Assembly: GCA_040143965.1 (NCBI GenBank) | Contig: JASJQH010006882.1 | Coordinates: 1-61,348 of the forward strand | DNA from: Basidiobolus ranarum | Taxonomy: Eukaryota | DNA length: 61,348 bases | Direction: 5' to 3' | Part shown: piece after piece, positions 1 through 11,315 of the stretch | Numbering within the stretch: position 1 is the first letter of the stretch | How the letters are laid out: the number at the start of each line of letters is the position of its first letter | Program-made: the position numbers and the translations under genes | Notes under the pieces: generated by a model | What the model was told of the DNA's origin: nothing | The model's database searches: none | The model's input: the letters and a program-made list of their open reading frames with translations, nothing else

Positions 1-1848
1 CAAATGCCTATCGGTTTTATAACAGCCATCTGATATACAATGTCGTCAGGTGTCAGGAGAAATAGGAGAATCACACATACGATAATCCAAATTCTCTGTC
101 AGACTCCTATATAAACTGGAAGACCTGATGTGTATCCAAATCCGTATTTCACTTAGCTTTCCTTCTAATTGTTATGAGATTTGAACATTGATTTGATCAC
201 TCAATCTTGGTTACATTGACAACATTGCTTCGACTCACTTGATTTCCATCATGTTTCTTACTGGGTCTTATTCACTCTTACGGAAGAGCTCTTGACACTT
301 TTCTCTAGACTCGAGTTATTGTTCAATTTTCAATGGCGATATAGGTGCACTTTAGTAAGCTTTTGATCAAGTCCTGCAAATCGTTGATGAACATGAGAAC
401 TTACGTGGATAATCTATCAAAGCCACTAATGCATCATGATTAGGGTGGCCAGTTAATCTCCCCAATTATGGGCGGAGAGAAAAGGAGACTTTACTATGGA
501 TGGGATAATAATCTTGTTCTTGGCTTGCACAATAGATGGGGGCAGCATCTGAAATGATTCAATCGACATTTTTAGAAATCTTAATCGAATTACAGCACAG
601 ATTATGAACCTACCATAACGAAGGTGAAATAAAATTGCGAACTACAGCCACCATTACAAAGCTGGAGTAACAGGTGGCCAATCGTGTTTAGTATATTTAA
701 ACTGTTTTGACTATCTCTAATTACCCTAACTAGTCATCCATCATCTTGATAGAAATATAATTTAGGTTAGCTATATCAAACGAGTCATAAGTTCGGCTAC
801 TAAGTAGTGAGTATCTGTATGGGTATAGTACGAGAACATTGATATATTTCCATTTTAAATGATCGACTTTAAATTATCGGTATTAGCAAGTATTAATATC
901 GATATTGGATATGGTAAACCAGTTTTTGAGCTCTGGTTCTAATACTAATGGGTGATTTGCCTAGGCTATAACGTTTCTTTCCGTAATTCGCCATTCGATA
1001 TAACCTCGATAGTAGATCCTATTGGTACACAACAGTTCCTTACAAGCCGATTTCGAACACTAGAGTATTCCATTTGCCTTGGCCCTTTTGTCTTGACATA
1101 CTATATTACAAAACTCTAATTGGACAAACAAAAACACTAGTGCTTAAATTTAAGCTTATAAAGTTTAGCAAAGTAATCAATATATCAGCTAATTAAGGTA
1201 AAATCCCCACTAGGGTTAGGGTGACTGGTGAGAGAATGACGTCGATGCTGGATGATTATTGATCCAAATTAAATGAATAAAGCCAAATATGATCTATGGA
1301 TTTCTCGAGGAAATATTTATCAGCATTTGGAAATTCTCGTCAGTTGTTACTTTACCACTCGATCGATCACGTTTATATTGATGAAGTTTGGTGATATTGA
1401 AGAAAACCATTCATAGTCACATGATTCATCACATGTATTGACAGAGATGGACCTTCCCTTCGGACTCAATGTGCATATGGACTAATACTTACCCCAGATT
1501 GAGGAATAAGAATGGCCATGAACAGTATCCCGTGATAGATTCCAGATTAGCTTAATATAGGGTTGGAAGTATACCTTTTGACGCTTGCATCGTGATCGTG
1601 ACAGGGAATGCTGCAAATTCCCATTACTTTTTAGGGAATACTAGGTATAGAAGAGTCTTTAGAATCTTGCTAAAATTTAGGCGGCACTTTCACCTAGACT
1701 TCTGATTAAGGTAGTGAAGTTTCCTATTATATTATCTCCAAAATTTTAGTAGAGTCTTTTATTTTCCAGAGATATATAAAGCCCAAATACCAGCAATGAA
1801 AAGATCATTATTCTATCCTAGTTATCTAGTATTCAAAGGATTTACGTG

Positions 1849-2673
1849 ATGTGCACAGCTCTCCCACCATCCTATTTCTCCCATGACTTCGCAATGGAGC
1901 CAGAATTCCAAGGGTTCGCCAAACCAACCATACTACAGCATCAACCATTTAAATGCGATGACTTTGAAGTTACTTACTACGAATCTACCAAGACATCGTA
2001 TCGTCCATTATGCAGAAAAAATACCATCGAGGCCTCGACCGATCCTTTGTTGAACTCTCCATTTCCTTTTACACCGTTGAAACGTGAGAAAACTGAAGAT
2101 GATATTGCATCGGAGATTTCGGATGCACTATCCTCCCACTTCTCCTCTACCTCTTCATTGACCCTCGAGCCTCAGGAGAAGCAGGTGATTGTTCATCGCA
2201 TTAGAAATACTGAAACCTTGGCTGGAATCTCGTTACTTTACGGAGTCAATCCCGGGGAATTAAAGAGAATTAATAAGCTATGGTCTGATAATTTACATCT
2301 ACGACAGACCCTCTACATTCCACTTGAAATGGTCAACTATCAAGAGGTCTACCTCCGCCTAAAGTCTATTGAAAATAAGGAATGCAATCAAGGATCCGAT
2401 TGGACCGATGTAAGCCTGACAGCCTCTACCAAGTCATTGATTGAGATCATCAAAGTACCTGAAACTGAATTGAAATACTTTTCCGCCAGTCAGAGTGATC
2501 CAGAAGAAAGGAATGCTCCACCAGTGGAGTTTACTCAAGAAGATTTACCATCCTTAAAAGAGATTTTCGGAGTTAACAAGTTACTAAAGTTCGCCAACAA
2601 ACTTAAGCATCATAAGAAAAGCAATTCGAACCCAACTAAGAGTAAGGTTAACCTGGAACTTCAAGAGCATTAG
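1849..2673 (+). CDS. Intronless LysM (CBM50) domain protein, no signal peptide
   Basis: LysM consensus VHRIRNTETLAGISLLYGVNPGELKRINKLWSDNLHLRQTLYIP. First ATG at 1849, with TATATAAA about 70 nt upstream. Confidence 0.85.
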   Translation: MCTALPPSYFSHDFAMEPEFQGFAKPTILQHQPFKCDDFEVTYYESTKTSYRPLCRKNTIEASTDPLLNSPFPFTPLKREKTEDDIASEISDALSSHFSSTSSLTLEPQEKQVIVHRIRNTETLAGISLLYGVNPGELKRINKLWSDNLHLRQTLYIPLEMVNYQEVYLRLKSIENKECNQGSDWTDVSLTASTKSLIEIIKVPETELKYFSASQSDPEERNAPPVEFTQEDLPSLKEIFGVNKLLKFANKLKHHKKSNSNPTKSKVNLELQEH

Positions 2674-4321
2674 TTTATGCTCCGCTCTATCACCATCATA
2701 TGTATATATTTATTTAATGTAATCGCTATTTCTTGTTCACATTTTACTTTATAATCATAATAAATCCATATCTGTACCATAAATTATGTTTCATGAGCCG
2801 AAGTTAATTTTAAGCTTTCTAGATGCTTTCGAAATGCTTTCGAGTTCACCTGATTAACCGCCAAAAGTATTGATTGGTTACAGGCAATCCAAATTAAGCC
2901 AAATAATCCCTGTTACAGCGCTTGAAATTTTTTATTACTAGTTATAGTATACTGGTGGTACTTAGTTTTAAAGAAAAGCATGGTTAGTCATGAGATATGG
3001 TTCGAAGGAAAATGGTTTCTTCTGATTATAACCTAATATAGGCTTCCTGCTCCCTCCAAATTGGATATTACCGGAATCGGCATCATATTGACCATACGCC
3101 TACTCAAACTGACTAATAGATCAATGGATTAAGAATCATTAATCAGCTTGATGATTTTGATTCGATCTTTCAATCAATCAAGCAATCACAAATTAAGTAA
3201 AGTTGCCAACCCTATTCAGATTCACTCTGCTAAACGATTACAGTCCAACTACGTCTAGTAACTAAGTATAGCTATATACCAAGGTTTTTCTTCGTTAAGT
3301 AACCGTCGAAGTATTCTGGGAGTTGTTGGAAGTGATTTGGAGAACTAAAAGAACTGGTGGTTTTCAGTTGATGATTTATTGAAGTGTAAGTTGACATATG
3401 AAAATATTGATTATGAACATAGTGAAATTTAGGTAGCTAAAAATATCACTATATAAATGCTTAAGCTATGTCACTTTCAGCAGTAATTTGATCTATCTAG
3501 ATAATCAAGCTAAAGTTCAAGCTCAGATCTAAAGATATTATCCAATCTATATATGTTGAAATATTTAAATTAAGCACCCATCTATTCTTTTGTCTTGTTT
3601 AGCATAGCTGATGTTTATTTAGTAAATATTTCACAGTCAAAATTGTCACATATATTTTGGATTTATTTGACATATATCAGAAATATTCGAAACTTTTGAA
3701 ACTCATCCGAAACCCCCAAACTTTAACCTCAACTTTATGAACACCTTAGAAATACATCCGTTTCATCTTTTTCATGTTCAACACAAGTATGAATACTTAT
3801 TTTCAATTCAATGCAATAATAAGTGCATACTGTAGTTTTCTTCTAATTATCCCGAATACTTCCAACTCATCCAAAATACCCTCAACAATATATGCCTGTT
3901 AGATTACAATATATCCCTTTTACGTGCAGAGTGTGTTAAGGAAGATCCCAGGAACATGGGTGCAAAGTGTGGGGCCTCTTGGACAAGTTTTCAAAATCTT
4001 CCAAGTAAATTCGGATTTTGAATAGTAGATGAGATATGGATTAACTAAAGATGTTTAAGCTATGTTAATTTCAATATTTATGGGACGCAATTCCATAGAT
4101 ACAGGTCAACTTTGAGTTTTGTATCGTTCAGATATTTAGAATAGCTTGCTACTATGGTTAGATGAAACCAAACCAATGCATATCTCAGAACTATTAAGAA
4201 ATCAGCCTAATACATCCAAAACTCAAGCAAAGTATTTCTTGTGGTATATGATAGATAATAACCCAGTTAATATTACAAAAAATAGATTTCAAGAGGTTTC
4301 AGCTTTTATTTATAAAAAAGA

Positions 4322-5265
4322 TCATTTCTTTTGCACATCGTCGACATGCTTTCTTAACAGAGAGATCATGTCTTTGGATGATTTTGCTTTGAAAATAGAT
4401 GTACCAGCCACAATAACGTTGGCACCTGCTTTAGCAGCTGTACCAATGGTTTTCTCATCTAAGCCACCATCCACTTCGATATCCAAGTTAGGGTATTTCT
4501 CTCTTAAAGTTTTAACTTTCTCCATCATATCCTCCATAAATGATTGTCCACCAAACCCAGGTTCTACTGTCATGATTAATATTTGATCCACTTTATCACA
4601 ATATGGAAAGACTGAATCAACTGGGGTCTTAGGCTTAACGGATATACCTGCTTTCATTCCAGCGGAATGAATCTGATCTATGAGAGCTCCAGCATCATCT
4701 AAATGTAACATCGATGAATATCGTATTGAAGAAACCTATATCATGACTACTTACCTGTAGCTTCAATGTGAAACGTATACATGCTAGCACCAGCGTCGGC
4801 GAAATCTTTGACCCACTATCGAGAGAAGAAAAGACTTTCAATCAGCATACAACAAACCCAACTATCAGGTCGAACTCTACCTACCTTTTCCGGTTCAGCA
4901 ACCATCAAGTGACAGTCTAGAAAAGCGTCCGTATGCTTTCTTACTGACTTGATAATAGGAGCACCCATAGTTAAATTAGGTACGAAGTGGCTATATTTTC
5001 AAGATAAACGGACGTTCTTAAGAACTATTGAACTTAAACGATAAGGGTCACTGATAATTATATTTACCCGTCCATAACATCTATGAAGTAAATAGAAAAT
5101 AGGGATTATTCTCATGAGAATTTCAATACCACAGAAGAGTTTACAACTATCAAACTAACCCATATGTAAGTAATCAGCACCGCAATCAACCATACGTTGG
5201 CATTCTTCCGCAAGTCTAGCGAAATCGCTCGACAATAAAGAAGGGGAAATCTTGGCAACGGGCAT
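4322..5265 (-). CDS. RPE1: Ribulose-phosphate 3-epimerase (5 exons, 220 aa)
   Basis: Exons 5265-5160, 5080-5068, 4990-4885, 4815-4755 and 4698-4322 splice in frame. They give [55 protein letters not shown]. Confidence 0.97.
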
Positions 5266-5992
5266 TTGTTTAACAGATAGAAAGCAACTTGGCAAAACTT
5301 GAAAATCAATATCGTAACCAAAGAATAATTGTGCTTAAATAGAAAGGTCAAAACAAGATAGTCATACTATCGGGTGTTCTCGTATACTTGGATAAATCCT
5401 ACAGATAATAATGAGGTCACCTATCAAAGTGTAACACTTGAAGGATATCTTACGTCAACTTTCGCGACTCTATTGATAAAATATTTGAGAATGAGATGTA
5501 GTGGGATTTAATTTATCCTCGAATACAGGATCTCAGATTAAGAACAGAGTATAATGATAGTGAGATATTATAGAATCATGCATAGTTCAGTATCACAAGA
5601 CATTTCGACACGCATTAAGGTACCAAGTAAACAGCTCGATTTCGGATGGAATAGTTATTGTTCAAAATCCCGAAAATGGAAATGTTATTTCGACTTCACA
5701 TTTGCATCTCTCGTTCCCTAACCAATGATGTCTTTGAGTATTTTTCTCATTTATAACTGGGCTTTTACTTTGAAAGGAGGGATAACTCTTTGATGTTAGC
5801 TTTCATATGACCGGTTGTTAAGTCATCCAGCTTTATTCGTACAATCCTCATCCAAGATTTGGTGGTATAAAAGTCCCCGAGAAGTCCTATATTCCCACTA
5901 TCTCTCCTAAGGAGCTATCTTACTACTTGCTTGTGTCTAAGCCACTTTAAAATCTTTCCTAGCCAATTCTTCCTTGTAAATTAGATATTGTG

Positions 5993-7781
5993 ATGATACA
6001 TTTACTGGATCCGAATCCTAGAAAATGTGAGGGATGTGCAGCCATCATGATGCATGGAGAGTGTGAATGTGGAGCTCGTAATCGTATGCTTATTCTTAGT
6101 CAGATAACTCAAAGGTTGATCGACGCAACCCAAGGATTTCCTTCAGTTGAAAGTGGAGATGAGGCTTCCTCCATTGGATCCAGGTGTCAAATAATGGAGC
6201 AAGATTTACTTCAACATCCATATCATCCAGCATTTCTTTCTTCCTCAGATATTGATGTGATGACTCAAACACCGAATACCACCTTCTTGCACCTGTTAAG
6301 CCCCGAGCCAGCAATGGCAGCTCAGTTTCCTGAACAACAAACCTTACCAAGACGAAGGATCACCACTAATTTGAAAATCGATGGCTTATGGGAATATTCC
6401 AAAGATGCCACACATAAAGGCATGGAAACTTTAAATTCATTCCATAAAGAACGTCAAGCAATCATTGCACGACAATCGAAAGTCATCTCGCTGTTTGAAC
6501 CAGCATTACCTGGGATTTTTCAGCAACTAAACGAAAACTCGGAACTCTTGAAGATGCGTTTTCGTTCCACCATTGAGAGATTAACCCGCCAAGGGATCGA
6601 TCAATTACTCTACAATGAGAGCTTCACTGACTTTAACAAAACACCGGCCAGATTCTCGAAGGAGATCAAACAGATATTGAATGAATCATTTGTCAATAGA
6701 TCACCATATCCAACCGAAGATGAAAAGGAAAGACTGACAAGGTTGTGTAAATTGGATTACAAGCAAGTTAGCGTTTGGTTCGCAAATAAACGCATGCGTA
6801 CTAAAATCCATTCCAACCATTATGATGCCTATCCTACCCGTAAACCGCTATCGTCAAAGACCGTTCCAAATATTAAATTTCAGTCAGCCAAATATTCCGA
6901 TCCTGAAGTTCATACTTCTTCCGATAGTTCAGTTTCTGGATCTCCGTTCACTATATCTTCAATGGAGAGTATACGAGGTGACTCATTTAGTCCCATAGCT
7001 ACCCCAAGCTTGTGCTTTCTATATGATAGTGATGTAGATACACCACCCCTAAGGAAGGACATTTATGAATCTGGTTCAGTCTCTGACTCGGCCTCATCAG
7101 CAACATATGAACCAGTATCGAAAGCTTATTCTTCACCCAAATCCCAGGATTTCGAAGTTGCTTCCATTGATGTGACTTTCTCGAATGTGCGAGTCAGTCC
7201 AGGTCTTTCCTCAGATATGGATACTCAAATTACTAACAAATATTCAAAGAAAGATTATATATCAGATCTAGCGTCCTCTATAAACCTATGTTTAACCTCG
7301 TCTACTGGTGACATTCATCCAAGTCAAGGGGAAGTAGATGATTCTAGAAGTCTGCTAAATCATCAACCATCTAATTCTAAAAGTCACAAACTGAGTATAG
7401 ATCGATCTTTTCATTTCTAATCTTGATTTGGTGTAAGAAAAATTCACTCACATCATTTTCTTATTAGTTTCCAAATATAGTAATAGGGAAGAACGCTTTG
7501 TAGATACCGACCATGTAGTCGCAAGAAACTTGTTATTAGATGGTCTCATTATTGATAACCATTCTGAATGCACCTTGGAGATAAGCCGATCAGACGTATC
7601 CCACGAAGTTCCACAAATGTTCGGAGCTTCAGAGTCATCTACTGTTTGGGAAATCCATCCTCCAGCTGTGATTCCCAATTGTTCTACCGTCCTCACTGAG
7701 AGTTTGGAGTCGGACCAACTCACAATTAACCAAAATTTGCTATACTTCAACAGAGGCACAGGAGGGGATGATACCAATTGA
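5993..7781 (+). CDS. Homeodomain transcription factor, divergent TALE/mating-type-like (about 571 aa, 2 exons)
   Basis: Homeodomain at about 6638-6805: KTPARFSKEIKQILNESFVNRSPYPTEDEKERLTRLCKLDYKQVSVWFANKRMRTK. A phase-1 intron 7395-7467 (GTATAG..TTATTAG) joins ORF 5990-7420 in frame to the 7530-7781 ORF. Unspliced, the protein would stop at 7420. Confidence 0.88.
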
Positions 7782-8013
7782 TTACATGATTGTGTCACCT
7801 TTTTTAACATAATATATGTACCAGCGGGTATTGACTGGGTACAATCACGCTGCAGATTTCACGAAACACTAATAAATAACATGCTTTTTAACTACTGGTT
7901 ACAAAACATATGTACTTAAAAAAATTGATTATCCTTTTCAAGAAATATCTTGTTGATTTTATTCACAATGGTACACTTATCTCAATAAATTTCTATCAGT
8001 ATAATAATACTAT

Positions 8014-9273
8014 CTATTTAGAGGAGAGGGCAACAACACCGGGGAGTTGCTTGCCTTCCAACAATTCCAAGGAGGCACCACCACCAGTGGAGACGTGGCT
8101 GAGGTTAGCTTCTTGCTTGAAGTTGGCAGCGGCAGTAGCGGTATCACCACCACCGACGATGGAAGTGGCACCGTTCTTGGTAGCCTCGACAACGGCTTCC
8201 ATGGCGCTACGGGTACCCTTCTCGAAGATAGGGAATTCGAAGACACCAAGAGGACCGTTCCAAAGAATGGTCTTGGCCTCTAAGATAGCCTTACGATTGA
8301 TTTCACGAGATTTCTCTCCGCAATCAAAACCTTCCCAGCCAGCTGGGATACCAGTCTCATCGGTAGCGTAACCGGTGTTGGAATCCTTGCTGAATTTATC
8401 ACCAGTAATGTAATCGCAGGGAAGGTAGAGCTTGACACCATTCTTCTTGGCCTTCTCAACAATCTTACCTACGATTTCAGCACCAGCCTTATCGAACAAT
8501 GAGTTACCGATCTCAACATTTTCAAGAGTCTTCTTGAAGGTATAAGCCATACCACCACCGATGATCATAGCATCAACTTTGTCGAGCAAGTTGTCAATAA
8601 GTTGAATCTTATCGGAAACCTTAGCTCCACCGAGGATGGAAAGGAAAGGACGCTCAGGGGATTCCAAAGCCTTGGAGAAGAAATCAAGTTCCTTCTTCAT
8701 AAGGAAACCAGCGGCGCGGACAGGAAGGTCAACACCGACCATGGAAGAGTGGGCACGGTGAGCGGTACCGAAGGCATCGTTAACATAAACTTCACCAAGC
8801 TTGGTGAGAGATTCACGGAAAGCCTTGACATTCTCAGGAGTAGCCTTAACTTTGTTGCCCTCCTTGTCCTTGGTGGAACCTTCTTCCTCGATGTGATAAC
8901 GAAGATTCTCCAAAAGGATAACCTTACCATCCTTGGCGGCAATGCAAGCCTCCTCGACTTCTTTGCCAACGCAATCCTCAAGGAAAGTAACATCGCGACT
9001 CAAAAGTTTGCTGAGCTCTTCAGCAACAGGCTTAAGAGAGTATTTGGCGACACGTTCACCATTAGGACGTCCAAGGTGAGACATAAGGATAACAGCGGAA
9101 GCTCCGTTATCAAGAACGTGCTGGATGGTGGGAAGAGCAGCAGTAATACGTTGGTTGTTACTGATCTTACCATCAGCGAAAGGAACGTTGAAATCAACAC
9201 GGATAAGGACACGCTTACCCTTGACATCAACGTCAGCGACACTGAGTTTGCTAGAAAGAGAGTTGTTGGACAT
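8014..9273 (-). CDS. PGK1: Phosphoglycerate kinase, intronless
   Basis: Motifs [45 protein letters not shown] and [13 protein letters not shown]. Strong codon bias. Confidence 0.99.
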   Translation of the reverse strand: MSNNSLSSKLSVADVDVKGKRVLIRVDFNVPFADGKISNNQRITAALPTIQHVLDNGASAVILMSHLGRPNGERVAKYSLKPVAEELSKLLSRDVTFLEDCVGKEVEEACIAAKDGKVILLENLRYHIEEEGSTKDKEGNKVKATPENVKAFRESLTKLGEVYVNDAFGTAHRAHSSMVGVDLPVRAAGFLMKKELDFFSKALESPERPFLSILGGAKVSDKIQLIDNLLDKVDAMIIGGGMAYTFKKTLENVEIGNSLFDKAGAEIVGKIVEKAKKNGVKLYLPCDYITGDKFSKDSNTGYATDETGIPAGWEGFDCGEKSREINRKAILEAKTILWNGPLGVFEFPIFEKGTRSAMEAVVEATKNGATSIVGGGDTATAAANFKQEANLSHVSTGGGASLELLEGKQLPGVVALSSK

Positions 9274-9442
9274 AATAAGATTTGTCTGAAATGACTTTGA
9301 GGTGAAGAGTAGGCAATCAGCAGTGCAGCCAATTTATACCCATAACCAACTTCCCATACTGAAGGTTTCAATAGAAAAAAACACGAATTGAGCTATCGAG
9401 CCTATTGAATATTTCGAGTACATTTTTGGACAATCCCCTAGC

Positions 9443-9450
9443 TTACGTCA
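9443..9450. promoter_or_regulatory. ATF/CREB-type site TTACGTCA about 170 nt upstream of PGK1
   Basis: The same octamer occurs at 5450-5457 (RPE1/HD intergenic), 17490-17497 and 19739-19746 (UBA3/MRPL17). TGACGTCA occurs at 13491-13498. Confidence 0.45.
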
Positions 9451-10461
9451 AAAATATGAAATGTAAATGATTTAATTATTTATGCGGCAGTATTCGAGAG
9501 TATCAACAATGGACCAACCGTATTGTATATATGTACACATTGGCCGCCAATCTATGCTAACTTGATGATTGGTCTTGGAGGAATATCATTGGTTAACTGT
9601 ATTATGGATTTTGAAACCCGGGAAAGTGATTATTTAGCATTTCAATATGCAATCTTAATGTTAGTTTTTTTCTGGGTGTGATAAGTCCTTATACGTCATT
9701 CTTGATGATGGCTAATCACTCACGCGAGGTCTAGGTTGCTCGATTGAATGTATATTAGTTCCTTAAATCGATGGCATTCCAATATATTTGGGATAGTTTT
9801 TGGCCAGGATTCTAGACAATTGAGATATTATCAATATTGAAAAAAATCTAGAATTGAGGAGCTTGAACCAATCATGATCACTCTAAAATCTCATTAAGTT
9901 TTGCACATATCTTCTATATCGCAAATTGTTGGGTGCCTTATCTAAGAATTCGATCTAGAGTAACGGGTAGTTGCGCTTAAACCTACTCGAACTTTCTTCG
10001 ATTTCATCCCATCGATAGCATATCATAAGCATCGTGAATTTGTAGTGGCCAATGAAGTAACTAGTACTCATCCGAAGTTACCTTATTGCATTCATTGAAA
10101 TAGCTACTGATAAGAATATTTTTGGCATTCAGACCGACAACACATGTTAGGTTTAAAAGAATCATAATTTATGCGGCAAAAGTTCTTAGTAAAGATTGTG
10201 GATCAAGCCCAATCTTAAAAGATCTTTTTAATAAGCAAAAATGGCAAACATCACTAGTTACAGTTAAACTAGCAATGTGAAGTCAATATATGGTACAGGC
10301 ACCGAGTGAATGATAGATGCATAGTCACGTGTGGATTCATTAATTAGTTCTATACAGAAATGAATTGTGAATGAATGCAGTCATATCAAATCCGAGTTTG
10401 CCTCTGGAAACATTAAGCAAGGAGAACGAGGGCGGATAAATGATGCACGGGGTTAAGTGGA

Positions 10462-11315
10462 TTAAGGAAATAATTTATCCTGTTGTTGGACGGATTCATA
10501 AAATCGCCGCAGCTTGAGATTTTCAACGCGCATCATTTGAAGTTGAGCCATGAGAGCCATCTGCGTACCTCTCATATTTTGTAGGTGCTGAATTGCTGTG
10601 AATATTTGGTGATTAGTATATCGAACATGCTATTAACGTCAGAAGAAAAACATCCACTCACTTTTATCGAGAATGCAGGCCTTGCTGATTTTTTTGCTCG
10701 AACAATTTGGCAAATATTTTTTGAGTTCTTCGAATCCATCTTTGATTTGAGCTCTACGCTTTTGTTCTGATTGAATGTGTATTTGACGTCTCATTTCAGC
10801 ATTGGAAACTCTAGAACAATTCGATATATTAGTTGACTATTCTCATGAGGCAATAGCAGAGTGAAGGAAAACATACCCATGTTCTTCACCACCATCGGAG
10901 TTGGACTCACTTCCCTCAGAGAACGAATGTCTTGATCGCTTACGAGAGCATCCGGATGCCTGCTCATATGCTTCTTTACTGTATTCCTGAATCTCTAAGA
11001 GTCCATTTTCAGAAGACGGAGAGGAGATGACAGGTGAATCCATCGGTGTCCAACAACCGCAATTGTTATTAGCTGAACCGAAGTTGTTGGGCATCGCTAC
11101 AGAGGGGAAATTGAAACTATCGGATTCTAAAAGGTAAGATGGTGGAGTCAGTTAAAAGAACATGTCTCCAACCATAGATTCTCCAATACTATACCAATCG
11201 GAAACAAACGTTCAGCAAATGATTCTGGCTTCAAATCTATCTCATTTGGGCCCATGACAGTGAATGGCTGAGTGGAAAATTGTTGAAGTAATATATTACT
11301 GCTTGGTTTGGGCAT
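10462..11315 (-). CDS. bHLH-leucine-zipper transcription factor (Max/Mlx-like, 4 exons, 217 aa)
   Basis: Exons 11315-11195, 11126-10877, 10810-10662 and 10595-10462 total 654 nt and splice in frame. bHLH: RRQIHIQSEQKRRAQIKDGFEELKKYLPNCSSKKISKACILDKTIQHLQNM, followed by a zipper. Confidence 0.9.

Noticed and set aside
1-5990. Second (partner) HD gene or pheromone precursor near the HD gene
   Set aside because: Only the LysM gene and RPE1 were found. I saw no homeodomain or short CaaX-terminated ORF, though a by-eye scan of tiny ORFs is not exhaustive.
7910-9371. Long antisense and alternative-frame ORFs over PGK1 (e.g. 8602-9294 +)
   Set aside because: These are shadows of strong codon bias in a highly expressed gene and have no protein-like motifs.
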